DNA of 64,000 nucleotides, from IMG/VR virus record IMGVR_UViG_3300003890_000014, positions 1 to 64,000 of that record; one strand, given 5' to 3'. The translations under genes and the position numbers were made by a program. This DNA is from a virus. Under the pieces are notes generated by a model. It ran no database searches, was not told where the DNA came from, and saw only the letters and a program-made list of their open reading frames with translations. Shown here one piece after another: positions 37,309 to 46,877 of this stretch; position 1 is the stretch's first letter, and every line of letters starts with the position of its first letter.

Positions 37309-37714
37309 TTAAAAACCTCTTTAAATATTTAGTTGCATTTTTTAGTGATTTCATATTTTCTTTTAGATATCCAATCCCGTTATTACAGTTATTACAGAGT
37401 AATCCTCTAATTTTTCCAGTTTTATGACAATGATCGACTACCAATATCTTAGTCAATGCTTCTTCTGACTTCTCACAAATTAAACACTTATAATTTTGTT
37501 TAATCGCCATCTTCTCTCTTTGTTTCCATGTACACCCATAAAATCTTTTAAGAGCATAATTTCTAAGCCTATTAGGATTAGCTTTTCGCCACTGAGTCCC
37601 GTAAGCATATGCACACTGTTTACACCAGATAGCGTATCCATCTGGATCAGCTTTTCTTTTAAAGAAAGAGCTAACTTTTTTTCTTTTACGACATTTAGAA
37701 CAAACTTTAGTCAT
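37301..37714 (-). CDS. Endonuclease VII-family HNH endonuclease
   Basis: Q..KCLIC, VDHCHKTGKIRGLLCNNCN. Confidence 0.9.
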   Translation of the reverse strand: MTKVCSKCRKRKKVSSFFKRKADPDGYAIWCKQCAYAYGTQWRKANPNRLRNYALKRFYGCTWKQREKMAIKQNYKCLICEKSEEALTKILVVDHCHKTGKIRGLLCNNCNNGIGYLKENMKSLKNATKYLKRFLNE

Positions 37715-38827
37715 TTATTCTCCAATCTTTACTTTATCAGATTCAACAAGTGTTGTCAATGAATTTTTCTCTTCGAGATGAGAGATTTCAGAAGCTTGTT
37801 TTCTTTTCCAACACATATCGTAAAACTCGCAAGGTCTATTATAAAGATTACAGTTACTTGGGTTCTTATAATTAATGTTATTTTTAATTGCGGTTGCAAT
37901 GTTCATATAATCGTCTAGAACTTCTTCAAGTTCTTCAGTTTGATACTCTTTGCAGATAAATTGTACTCCGGCATCGAAGTCTTTAAGAGTACATTTACCT
38001 TTGCCGCAAGCAACACATTTTATTGATCGTCCTTCTTTTGGAGCACCACATTGATCGCATCGGTACTTAACTTGCATTTTCTTCAATAGAACAATATATC
38101 CAGCTCTATTAGTCCCTACTTCTTGCCCTAATGAGGCTACATAAGTTCTAAGCTGCTCTGAGCTAATCAAGGAGTGATCAGTATAAGGAGCGCCAGAGGT
38201 CTTTAAGTCTATTATAATAGGCGCTGTGTAGTCTTCGTGAGTAACTACATAATCCACAAATCCAGTAATTTTATCACCTTCGTTATTAGTAATCGTAATG
38301 TCTTTTTGAATGAGCGGAACACCATCTTTTGATACGATTTTAAGCTTAGGTAAAAGCTTTTCATAAAAAGCCCTAATCATATACATTCCTCGAATTTGAC
38401 AGCAAAGCCACATAATCCGATTATAGAAGATATGATCTTTAGGTCGAAGATCTTCTCGTTTATTTTTTTCAGCGATCTCATCAAAAAGTTCTGACCAATG
38501 AAGCATGAAATCTAGTTCAAGTTCTTTAACCCAACTTTCAATTAATGGAAGATCTTCTTCTGCGATAATACTATTATCAAAGTCGGATACCATATAAGAC
38601 ACGTCAGTATCAAATATCGCTTTCCAGTCTGATTCAAACTTAGCGTGAGCTTCATCCAGAGATTTACCTAAGAATAAAAGGGTAATAGCATCTTCAAGAG
38701 CTTTACCGAAAGCAAATGCGGAAGGATTTTGTTTAACTTTATATTTCCTAGAATTGTAATATTTAGTAGGACAAGTCTTAAAATTAGAAGCTGCTGAATA
38801 ACTGATTTGAAAATTCTTTTTACTCAT
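37715..38827 (-). CDS. PD-(D/E)XK (Cas4/RecB-like) exonuclease
   Basis: ISYS...CP..Y, GFVD, IIDLKT, QL.TY, C-terminal Cys cluster. Confidence 0.85.
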   Translation of the reverse strand: MSKKNFQISYSAASNFKTCPTKYYNSRKYKVKQNPSAFAFGKALEDAITLLFLGKSLDEAHAKFESDWKAIFDTDVSYMVSDFDNSIIAEEDLPLIESWVKELELDFMLHWSELFDEIAEKNKREDLRPKDHIFYNRIMWLCCQIRGMYMIRAFYEKLLPKLKIVSKDGVPLIQKDITITNNEGDKITGFVDYVVTHEDYTAPIIIDLKTSGAPYTDHSLISSEQLRTYVASLGQEVGTNRAGYIVLLKKMQVKYRCDQCGAPKEGRSIKCVACGKGKCTLKDFDAGVQFICKEYQTEELEEVLDDYMNIATAIKNNINYKNPSNCNLYNRPCEFYDMCWKRKQASEISHLEEKNSLTTLVESDKVKIGE

Positions 38828-38881
38828 TTTCAGGTTCCCATATAATGGCAAATTACTTTAATCATTTCACTTCGTTGCATA

Positions 38882-40537
38882 TCAACCCAATCCCATCATT
38901 GCAGCTAAGGGGTTTGGTTGTCCATCTTTCGATTCAAGATCACTAACTACAGCGCCGCCAGTAGTGAGAAGTAGTCCGGCAATAGAAACTGCGTTCTCAA
39001 GGGCAGATTTAGTTACCTTAAGAGGGTCAACAATACCTTTCTCAAGAAGAACTACATATTCCTTCTCAGCCGCATCATAACCTTGACCTTTGGGCATATG
39101 ACTTAAAATTACGTCTGGATTTTCACCTACGTTTGCAATGATCTGTTTAATAGGCGCAGATAGAGCTTCTTTCATAATGTTCTCAGCCAACGTGCTTGAT
39201 CCTATTGCTTGAGAAATCAAATAAAGAGCATATCCACCGCCTGGTAAAATACCTTCAGCCATAGCTACTCGGCCTGCACAAAGGGCATCTTCAATTCGGT
39301 CGTAGCGTTCTTTCATTTCAAGTTCTGATTCTCCGCCCACTTTAATAACAGCGATACCACCTGTAAGTTTGCCAATTCTACGTCTAAGATTTTCTTGATC
39401 TAATTCAGGAAGATTAAGAGTTTCAAGTTGTTTTTTAAGATCATCAACTCGTTTTAGAATTTCTTCTTCAGAACCATGACCACCAAAAAATACAGTGTCT
39501 TCGGCTCCAATTTCAATTCGATCTGCCCAACCTACATGCTCTTCTTTAATATCTTTAAGATCAATAATTCCACGAGCAGTGACTTTGCCTCCAAGAAGAG
39601 AAGCCATATCTTCGAGCATTTGAGTTCTAGCATTTGGTGAGCCATCAAAAGGAGCTTTAATAGCTGCTAAAGGGAGTTTGCCTTGAACTCTAGCTTGAAC
39701 AATTTGATTTTTAACATCATCAGAAAATTCATAAGCTACAATACAAAGAGGGAAAGGATTAGCAAATCCACCATCTTGAGAAACGCCCCATACAATCTTA
39801 AGAAGCTCAGTTACATCTAGTACTTCTTTGATCTCTCCGGCATATAAAACTACGGCAGCATTATCGAGTTCGCAAATATTACGAACTTTGTCATTAACCA
39901 TTAGATAACCCAGACCGCCGAAACGTCTCCAGCCTTGGGCATATTTAGTCCCTTCAACTACCTGAAGGGAAGTATCCTTTGTATATCCTTCTTCAAGAGT
40001 GACATGCCCATCTTCACCTACTGCTTTAAGAGCCTCGTAAACGATCTGAGCAACGTCTTCGTCACCATTAGCAGAAATCTTAGCTACTTCTCGGACTTCT
40101 TCAAATCCAATAGGAATAGCAACTTCGGTTAGCTTTTCAATGATTTTAGTTTTAAGTTCTTTAATTTGATTATAAAGTTGAATACCATTCAAACCTTGTT
40201 TAATGTGTTTATATCCAGCTTTATATATAGCCTCGGCAAGTACTACCGCAGTAGTTGTACCATCGCCTGTTTGATTTACGGTATTTTGAGCTACTTGAAT
40301 AATAGCTTGAGCGATTGTGTTTTTAGCGGGGTTCCTAAACGAGATACTCTGTGCAACTGATACCCCATCTTTTGTAATGATAGGCCAACGTGGTGAACCA
40401 TCAGGATTTGAACCTTGTTGTTGAAGGATAATAGGATTACCGCCTGGGCCTAGCGTCTGTTTTACTAACGCCGCCATCTCAGTAATAGTCTCTAAAGCAA
40501 TCAGTTTAGTCTGATCAGAATTATACAGCTTCTTCAT
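38882..40537 (-). CDS. groEL: Phage-encoded GroEL-like chaperonin
   Basis: TLGPGG, ITKDGVSVA, GDGTTT, ISANGD, KVGG, RIEDA, GIVDPLKV. The start at 40537 has a GAGGAG RBS. Confidence 0.93.
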   Translation of the reverse strand: MKKLYNSDQTKLIALETITEMAALVKQTLGPGGNPIILQQQGSNPDGSPRWPIITKDGVSVAQSISFRNPAKNTIAQAIIQVAQNTVNQTGDGTTTAVVLAEAIYKAGYKHIKQGLNGIQLYNQIKELKTKIIEKLTEVAIPIGFEEVREVAKISANGDEDVAQIVYEALKAVGEDGHVTLEEGYTKDTSLQVVEGTKYAQGWRRFGGLGYLMVNDKVRNICELDNAAVVLYAGEIKEVLDVTELLKIVWGVSQDGGFANPFPLCIVAYEFSDDVKNQIVQARVQGKLPLAAIKAPFDGSPNARTQMLEDMASLLGGKVTARGIIDLKDIKEEHVGWADRIEIGAEDTVFFGGHGSEEEILKRVDDLKKQLETLNLPELDQENLRRRIGKLTGGIAVIKVGGESELEMKERYDRIEDALCAGRVAMAEGILPGGGYALYLISQAIGSSTLAENIMKEALSAPIKQIIANVGENPDVILSHMPKGQGYDAAEKEYVVLLEKGIVDPLKVTKSALENAVSIAGLLLTTGGAVVSDLESKDGQPNPLAAMMGLG

Positions 40538-40721
40538 TTGAAGGGATCTCCTCACTTCTGGCAACCATGCGTTCTGCACTACGCTGCGTTTCTGCGTCAG
40601 CAATAATGGATAAGATCAGATTTTCTAAATCTTCAGGCATTCCCTTTCGGATTTGCGCAATCTTATTATCGTTTAACCAACCATGAAGAAACTCAAGGGT
40701 CTTGATTTTTAATCCATTCAT
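40521..40721 (-). CDS. Hypothetical helical protein (not GroES-like)
   Basis: Upstream of groEL; lacks the PL.DRV GroES motif. Confidence 0.55.
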   Translation of the reverse strand: MNGLKIKTLEFLHGWLNDNKIAQIRKGMPEDLENLILSIIADAETQRSAERMVARSEEIPSNEEAV

Positions 40722-40728
40722 ATTGTCC

Positions 40729-40800
40729 ATACTACTAAATCCTTCCTACATTGTCAAGAGTAAAATAATATTTGACTTGTGTAGTTGAAACTGTTATCTT
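40729..40800. promoter_or_regulatory. Divergent sigma70-like promoter pair
   Basis: Minus strand TTGACA-17-TAGTAT (40757-40729); plus strand TTGACT-17-TATCTT (40772-40800). Confidence 0.7.
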
Positions 40801-40808
40801 TAACAGAC

Positions 40809-42233
40809 ATGATAGAACTTATCGTAAACAACAGCAGTTGTCAAATAAATAATGTTCCTGATCATTTTGATATAATTCTAACTAACACACTTAGGTACTC
40901 AAATCAGAGTGTGTCTTTTGGGTATTTTAAAAATGTAAGAGCCGTAAATAGATTGAAGGATTTGCTCGCAGACTCTCGTATGGGAATGGATAGAGATAGC
41001 GTAATGAAAACATTACGCAGATTAAGCTTTATGAATCAAGGACTTGAGAAAAAACTGTTCACCGTTCTATACAAAAATGGAACTTTTCCTACTGGATTGC
41101 TTCCTAGAGTATTAAAACTATTAAAAGATTACAAATTACAATTTGTAATAAAAGATCAAAGAGTAGAACCTAAACTTAACTCAGAGAAATATGTCTTAAA
41201 AGAGTCATTCCCTCCCTTGAGATACTACCAAAAAGATGCCGCTAAAAAACTATTAGAACAAAAACGAGGAATAATCGTAGCTCCTACAGGTACAGGTAAG
41301 AGTTTACTTATGGCTAAAATGATTTGGGATTTAGGACTTAAAACTTTAGTGATAACTCCTTCAAAAGAAATCACAAATAACATGATTGATACTTTAGTGA
41401 AATTTTTTGGTAAAGGAAAAATTTCAAAGTTAAATACTAAATCAGGTAAAGTTAATAAAATCAATGTGTGTAATATTCAAGCTTTAATAAAACTAAAGCC
41501 TTCTATTTTGCAAGAAATTGATGCTGTTTTTATTGATGAGTTTCATCATAGTGCTGCTGAGACATATATGATGGTAAATGCTGAACATTTAAAGCATTGC
41601 TATTATCGTATCGGTTTAACTGCCACTAATTTCAGAAATGATGGTTCTGATCTTGGACTCGAAGCTGTACTGAGTGAAATTATTTATGAATATCCTATTA
41701 CTCAAGCTATTAAAGATGGATTTTTAGTTAAACCTACTTTCGAGATTGTAGAAAATGAAAGCCCTGCTTTCGATAAATATCAAACTGAGTACAAAAAGAG
41801 TATTGTTGAAAACGAAAACCGTAATAGAATTATCACTGAAATAGTGTCATATCATCATAATGATCAAGTATTAGTATTAGTTCAACAAATAGAGCATGGT
41901 GAAACTTTAAAAAGTCTATTGCCACAAGCCTCTTTTATAAATGGTCAAGAAAAGGATTCAGATAGACAAAGAATGCTTGAAGATTTTAGAAAAGGAAAAA
42001 TCAAATGTTTAATCGGTACTTCAGTAATAGGAGAAGGCGTTGATTTACCAAATGCTAATGTTCTAGTTATGGCGGGTGGTGGGAAAGCTCGAAGCCAAAT
42101 CATGCAGAATATAGGCCGAGTACTTCGTCCAGGAAAAGCTGAAGCTACTATTTACGATTTTACTGACGTAGGATCAAACTTTCTATCAGAACACGCCTTA
42201 CTAAGACAAGAGATTTACCGTATTTATGATTAA
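40809..42233 (+). CDS. SF2 DExH helicase (UvsW-like)
   Basis: LRYYQ, APTGTGKS, IDEFHH, GLTAT, EGVDLP, QNIGRVLR. Confidence 0.9.
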   Translation: MIELIVNNSSCQINNVPDHFDIILTNTLRYSNQSVSFGYFKNVRAVNRLKDLLADSRMGMDRDSVMKTLRRLSFMNQGLEKKLFTVLYKNGTFPTGLLPRVLKLLKDYKLQFVIKDQRVEPKLNSEKYVLKESFPPLRYYQKDAAKKLLEQKRGIIVAPTGTGKSLLMAKMIWDLGLKTLVITPSKEITNNMIDTLVKFFGKGKISKLNTKSGKVNKINVCNIQALIKLKPSILQEIDAVFIDEFHHSAAETYMMVNAEHLKHCYYRIGLTATNFRNDGSDLGLEAVLSEIIYEYPITQAIKDGFLVKPTFEIVENESPAFDKYQTEYKKSIVENENRNRIITEIVSYHHNDQVLVLVQQIEHGETLKSLLPQASFINGQEKDSDRQRMLEDFRKGKIKCLIGTSVIGEGVDLPNANVLVMAGGGKARSQIMQNIGRVLRPGKAEATIYDFTDVGSNFLSEHALLRQEIYRIYD

Positions 42234-42477
42234 GTTAGATGTAACGTGCCTATATTGTGGAAACCATTGGCAAGAATCCGTTTGGAGTACATCAAATGTA
42301 AATATTTGGTGTAAAAATTGTAAAGAAACTAAAAATATTAAGATTAAAGAAGTCTATGAAAAACACGGTAATGATGTTTTTGGTTATCGTTTTAGTCCTG
42401 CTTTCCCAGAGAAAAAAGAAGAACCTATTAATATAGCTTTAGATATGCCTAGTTGGAAGTCGTGGAGTGTTGATTAG
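42226..42477 (+). CDS. Zn-ribbon protein
   Basis: CLYC...CKNC. Confidence 0.65.
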   Translation: MIKLDVTCLYCGNHWQESVWSTSNVNIWCKNCKETKNIKIKEVYEKHGNDVFGYRFSPAFPEKKEEPINIALDMPSWKSWSVD

Positions 42478-43256
42478 TCTCCGTATTCGTCCCAAAGCCA
42501 TTTTATAGATGGTTGCTCTTTATTTTGAAAGTAAGCTTTAAGTACTCCTCCAATTCCACCTTCCCACTGAGCTTTGAGTTTTTTAGTCCAGAACTTAGCT
42601 ACCTTATTCATAAGCCAAGATCGACTATTTTCTGAGCCTTTAATCATAAACCAATTAAGAACTTTACCATCTTGAGAGTTCTTTGAGAATGCACTAACTA
42701 AAACTCCGATACACCAAGCTAATCTCCAACCAATATGAAGACTTTCTCCTGCGCAGACTTTAGCATGAGCTATTAGAGGAAGTTGTCTACCCATCCAAGC
42801 AGAGTCATTAAACCATCCAGGTCTATTATTGTTGTATACATACTTGTATCCTGTTAATTTACAAAACCACATAGCGGGTTTAGAATACCATTTTTTACGA
42901 TCATAGGTTTCATCGTAACCTATTATTTTAGTATCTCTACCTGTTGCTAGAAAAGCTCTAGCAAACTCTCCGCCAAGTTCTTTAGATAAAGCTAAAGCAG
43001 CGTAGGTGTCATCGGGACCTTCTTGCTCATCAGAGGTAGGGTGACGCCGCAGAAGGCCAGGTTGGACTTGGCAGAGTTGTAATATGTAATTAAAATGGGT
43101 TTTATCGTGAAGGTTAAGTTCTTGATGTCGTTTAAGAGCAAAGTAAAATTCAGTAGACCATCTAGGTCCATTTTGACTATAACCTTTAGAAGCTAAGTCG
43201 CAATGAACTATTCCATAATCATCAGTGAACGGTTTATAGTCGTCACGAATGCTCAT
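42474..43256 (-). CDS. Hypothetical helical, Trp-rich protein
   Basis: 260 aa at the end of the tail operon. Confidence 0.7.
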   Translation of the reverse strand: MSIRDDYKPFTDDYGIVHCDLASKGYSQNGPRWSTEFYFALKRHQELNLHDKTHFNYILQLCQVQPGLLRRHPTSDEQEGPDDTYAALALSKELGGEFARAFLATGRDTKIIGYDETYDRKKWYSKPAMWFCKLTGYKYVYNNNRPGWFNDSAWMGRQLPLIAHAKVCAGESLHIGWRLAWCIGVLVSAFSKNSQDGKVLNWFMIKGSENSRSWLMNKVAKFWTKKLKAQWEGGIGGVLKAYFQNKEQPSIKWLWDEYGD

Positions 43257-43266
43257 AGTTTAATCC

Positions 43267-46200
43267 TTATTTACTAAACCTAAAGTTGATACCTTGGATT
43301 GAAGACTGGTTTCTTGAACTACCTCGGTTCATAGAAATCTTCAATTGAAGCTCGCTACCAGCTTGAGCTAACGAATGCTGGAACTGAGTGATAATATCAT
43401 AACTATCAACTACAGCTGCCTGATTCGAATTACCGTCAATATGCATCGTCTCATAATATGAGTAGGTATTATTAGTAGCATCTACTTCGCCAGTAACTTT
43501 CTTCGCAGCAATCGCAATACCTAAGTTCTGCGGAGTAATCATAGCTGGTTGAGCTTTGAATCCGTCATAAACAAACGATGGCGCGACTCCTGGATTAAAC
43601 TTAGCCATTTTTACATAGCCGATCTTACCTTTGAAATAATCGCTAGATGCAGATCCACCAATTCGTCCAATACGTAATCCAGCATCTCCAGCGTTAGGGA
43701 AAGTAGCGTTTGGAGTTTGCTGAGTTACATAACTTGAAACCTCAGTAAACGCAGTATGAGGCGCTGCAGTAGTTCTGTACAACTTAATTGTATTAGCTAC
43801 GGCATTATAAACTACTCGTACTTTATGATACCCTTGTGGCTCAGCTTCGTTAGCCTCAACTATACGATTGGTGCCAGAGTTGTTCATGTAGAAAAAAAGA
43901 TGACCGTTGCCTTGCCGAATTTGGAAAGTCCAGCCTCTATCTACTGATTTATCGTAATTAGATACGATATTTGAGTAGTTAGTATAAGTAGGATCGTTAG
44001 GCTTAATCTCAGCTTCAATAATGAAACTTCTTGTATTATCAATACGATGATGAAGTGGACTGTTTGTTGAACCATTCCAACTTTCGCTAGAACCGTCTAA
44101 GTCTACAGCAAAACCTAACTGAAAGTCAGCATCGGTTACGTAGTCGGCAGAAGTCACGTTTTCGTTATTAGATGCGAAATGAATACCGGACATGTCTGCA
44201 CTACGCTCGTCAGCATTAAGAGCGCCAGTAGTGGTATTAATCCTAGCAGCAGACGTATCTCCGATAGCAATGTTAAGAACCAAGTTCGGATCGAAGTTAG
44301 TCTCGGCATAACCAGCGATCTTAGCAGCACTAATAGTGGCTTTCGCATTGGAATTTAAACTTACAACTCTTCGGAAGATATGTCCGCTAAGGTCATATCC
44401 CCTGACACTCGTACCACAAGCATTTCTTCTAAATAGAAGCTGAAGTTGGTTTGAATCAATAAATTCAATAGAAGGTTCAACGCAGTTGTTAGCCACACCA
44501 TTATGAGATACACCTTGAGCTTCACCGCCTAGACCTACATCAGTAATCCACTCACCATGTACTTCAAACATAGGATCTCTGTGTTGGCCTGATTCGTTCC
44601 AAGCTACCCAAGAAGAACCGTTATAGTAGTATAGAGTACCTCCGGTAGCTTGAGATCTCCAAACTAATCCTCCAGAAGTTGGCAATGAGCCGGACACAAA
44701 CTCAATTACTAGAGCAAACGTGCCTGTTAAGCTATCGAGTGCTGCGTCATCAAAGTTGAAGTATATCCATTGGCCGTTTCCATCTGTAGTGATCTTGCTA
44801 GCGTCGATCTGATTAACAGAAGTCGCTACTACGGTAGTAGGAAGACCTCCAGAAGTATTATAAAGCTTGCCTTGGAGCATAGTTCCAGAAGGATATAGAA
44901 ATGATTGATATACTAGAGCGCCAAACGACTTTAATCTATGAGTAGAAAAACCGCTTGTAACTCTGGCTACCCTAATAGCGGTAGTACTGAAAGATCCTTG
45001 TGGTCCTAAAGTTGTTGGGTTAGATTCGAGCGTAACGTACTTACTTAGCTGAACGCCTTTGTAGTCAGAAGCATCTTCTACTTCTAGCATATAGGATCTG
45101 AAATAAGCATCAGGAGAAGTAGCAGAGAACACAGCTAAAAGATGGTTATGATTAGCTGGGTCCATCTTCAAGAAGGTATTATATCCTTTCATGAAGTTGT
45201 CAGTGTTGGTATCGTTCATACAACCATATCTAGTATCCATCTGAATCGAACTTGCGTTCAATACTGTACGCTGAGTACCAGAAGCTGTTGAAGGAGAACC
45301 GGTAGCAGCGTTGACGATCTCATAGATCATAGAACCGCCGCTGTCTGCGTGGGTTATAAACCAAAGCTTATTAAGTGTCGAAGAATATCTAGTATCAAGA
45401 AGGTCGTGGTTAGTTAACGGAGCTAGGTCATAAACCAAGCTTCCGTAAGAACCTTCGTCCCATCCGTAAAATTTAAGTTGGCTAGTAGTAGACTTACGTC
45501 CACCAATCCAAGTTCTACGATTAGGTGCAGTACCTACGATATCGACTTTAGCAGAACCTCCTGCATTAAGTTCGAAATCAGCGGCAGGGGAGTTGCCTAA
45601 TGCCGTAGCTCCACCGTTACTATACCAAGCAACACCAGCAGAAGCAGCGCCTGAATATTGGCAAAGAACTGCAATAAAGCTTAGGTCAGTAAGATCAGCG
45701 CCTACAGTAGCAGTCAAAGCTGTACTGCCAGAGTTTGCAATAACTCCTGCACCGTTGTTTCCGTGCCATACGCCTTGGTTAGCAATAGCTGGAACATCGT
45801 TGAGTACTGGGGAACCTGCAGAGATATCTGCATATACTCCGTAAACAACAGCATTACCGCCAGCACCTTGTCTGGTGTAAGTAGAGAACATTTTGCCGTT
45901 ATCGGCAACTACGATCTGGCTTCGGTTTCTAAAACGATATACGTCAGCAGATTCAAATCCATAACCCAAGCTATCGCTCGTAGAACGGGTACCTAGAGAA
46001 GTCCAGGTCTTACCGCGATCTGCAGTATAGAACCATTCAACCGTGCGGTGAGTAGCAGTATTCTCCATCATACGGTAAATACCGTATTGCTTGTTTGGAG
46101 ACATAACTGCGTCTTTCTCAAGAATAGTAGGAGCAACATTTCCGACTTCTTTAGCGAAGTTTTCGCCAGCTAGACGAACAACATCTTCACAGAAAGCGTC

Positions 46201-46866
46201 TATGATTGCCATCTGCTCAAGAGAAGCAGCGGTTAGAGCCTTAGATTCAAATTGGTAATCGAAAGGAATTAAACGAAGCTCGGCATTGTAGTTAGAAGAA
46301 CTAACGTCCAAATCAAGATCAAGAGCGTTCGTATTAGTTAGAACTACTGAGGTTTCATCAGTCCCTGAGTTATAGGTACGAGAAGAAACTACAAGTTGAG
46401 CAATATTAGTATCGGTATCTGCCAAGAAGCGATGAACTGTTTGACCATCACTTGTGGTCTTACGGGCAATAAGAACCTTCTTAGTAGTAGGGAAAAACTC
46501 AGTTACGTCTCCGCTGAATACGAAAGTATTGGAAGCTACTGCAATATTCTTTGGAGCTAAAGCTTGGAGGGTCATTACAGCAACGCCAGTTGCTTTGCTA
46601 ACAGGAGCAGAAGCTAGACGATCACGAGTATAAGTACCAGCATCCTGTCCAGCATTAAAACGAAGAGCGTCAGCAGAAGCAGCTAGGTTTACTTTAGTTC
46701 CCTTACTGTCGTCATTAAAAGCATCAATGATTTGGTTAGGAACTTTGGTAATAAGAGCATTCAATTCTTCTTGACTAAGTTGCTGGAGGATATCAGCAGA
46801 ATCGGAGCCACCTCCGCTTCCTCCTGAAAAGTTCAAATCTGGGATCTTTACGCCTTTAATAGCCAT
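43267..46866 (-). CDS. Tail fibre / receptor-binding protein 2 (BNR repeat, LamG-like domain)
   Basis: YTADRGKTW Asp-box; SFIIEAEIKP...FKGKIGYVK; paralogous to the next gene. Confidence 0.8.
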   Translation of the reverse strand: MAIKGVKIPDLNFSGGSGGGSDSADILQQLSQEELNALITKVPNQIIDAFNDDSKGTKVNLAASADALRFNAGQDAGTYTRDRLASAPVSKATGVAVMTLQALAPKNIAVASNTFVFSGDVTEFFPTTKKVLIARKTTSDGQTVHRFLADTDTNIAQLVVSSRTYNSGTDETSVVLTNTNALDLDLDVSSSNYNAELRLIPFDYQFESKALTAASLEQMAIIDAFCEDVVRLAGENFAKEVGNVAPTILEKDAVMSPNKQYGIYRMMENTATHRTVEWFYTADRGKTWTSLGTRSTSDSLGYGFESADVYRFRNRSQIVVADNGKMFSTYTRQGAGGNAVVYGVYADISAGSPVLNDVPAIANQGVWHGNNGAGVIANSGSTALTATVGADLTDLSFIAVLCQYSGAASAGVAWYSNGGATALGNSPAADFELNAGGSAKVDIVGTAPNRRTWIGGRKSTTSQLKFYGWDEGSYGSLVYDLAPLTNHDLLDTRYSSTLNKLWFITHADSGGSMIYEIVNAATGSPSTASGTQRTVLNASSIQMDTRYGCMNDTNTDNFMKGYNTFLKMDPANHNHLLAVFSATSPDAYFRSYMLEVEDASDYKGVQLSKYVTLESNPTTLGPQGSFSTTAIRVARVTSGFSTHRLKSFGALVYQSFLYPSGTMLQGKLYNTSGGLPTTVVATSVNQIDASKITTDGNGQWIYFNFDDAALDSLTGTFALVIEFVSGSLPTSGGLVWRSQATGGTLYYYNGSSWVAWNESGQHRDPMFEVHGEWITDVGLGGEAQGVSHNGVANNCVEPSIEFIDSNQLQLLFRRNACGTSVRGYDLSGHIFRRVVSLNSNAKATISAAKIAGYAETNFDPNLVLNIAIGDTSAARINTTTGALNADERSADMSGIHFASNNENVTSADYVTDADFQLGFAVDLDGSSESWNGSTNSPLHHRIDNTRSFIIEAEIKPNDPTYTNYSNIVSNYDKSVDRGWTFQIRQGNGHLFFYMNNSGTNRIVEANEAEPQGYHKVRVVYNAVANTIKLYRTTAAPHTAFTEVSSYVTQQTPNATFPNAGDAGLRIGRIGGSASSDYFKGKIGYVKMAKFNPGVAPSFVYDGFKAQPAMITPQNLGIAIAAKKVTGEVDATNNTYSYYETMHIDGNSNQAAVVDSYDIITQFQHSLAQAGSELQLKISMNRGSSRNQSSIQGINFRFSK

Positions 46867-46877
46867 TTGTTATACTC

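Noticed and set aside
37715-38827. CRISPR-associated Cas4
   Set aside because: No cas genes or array nearby; the context is replication and recombination.
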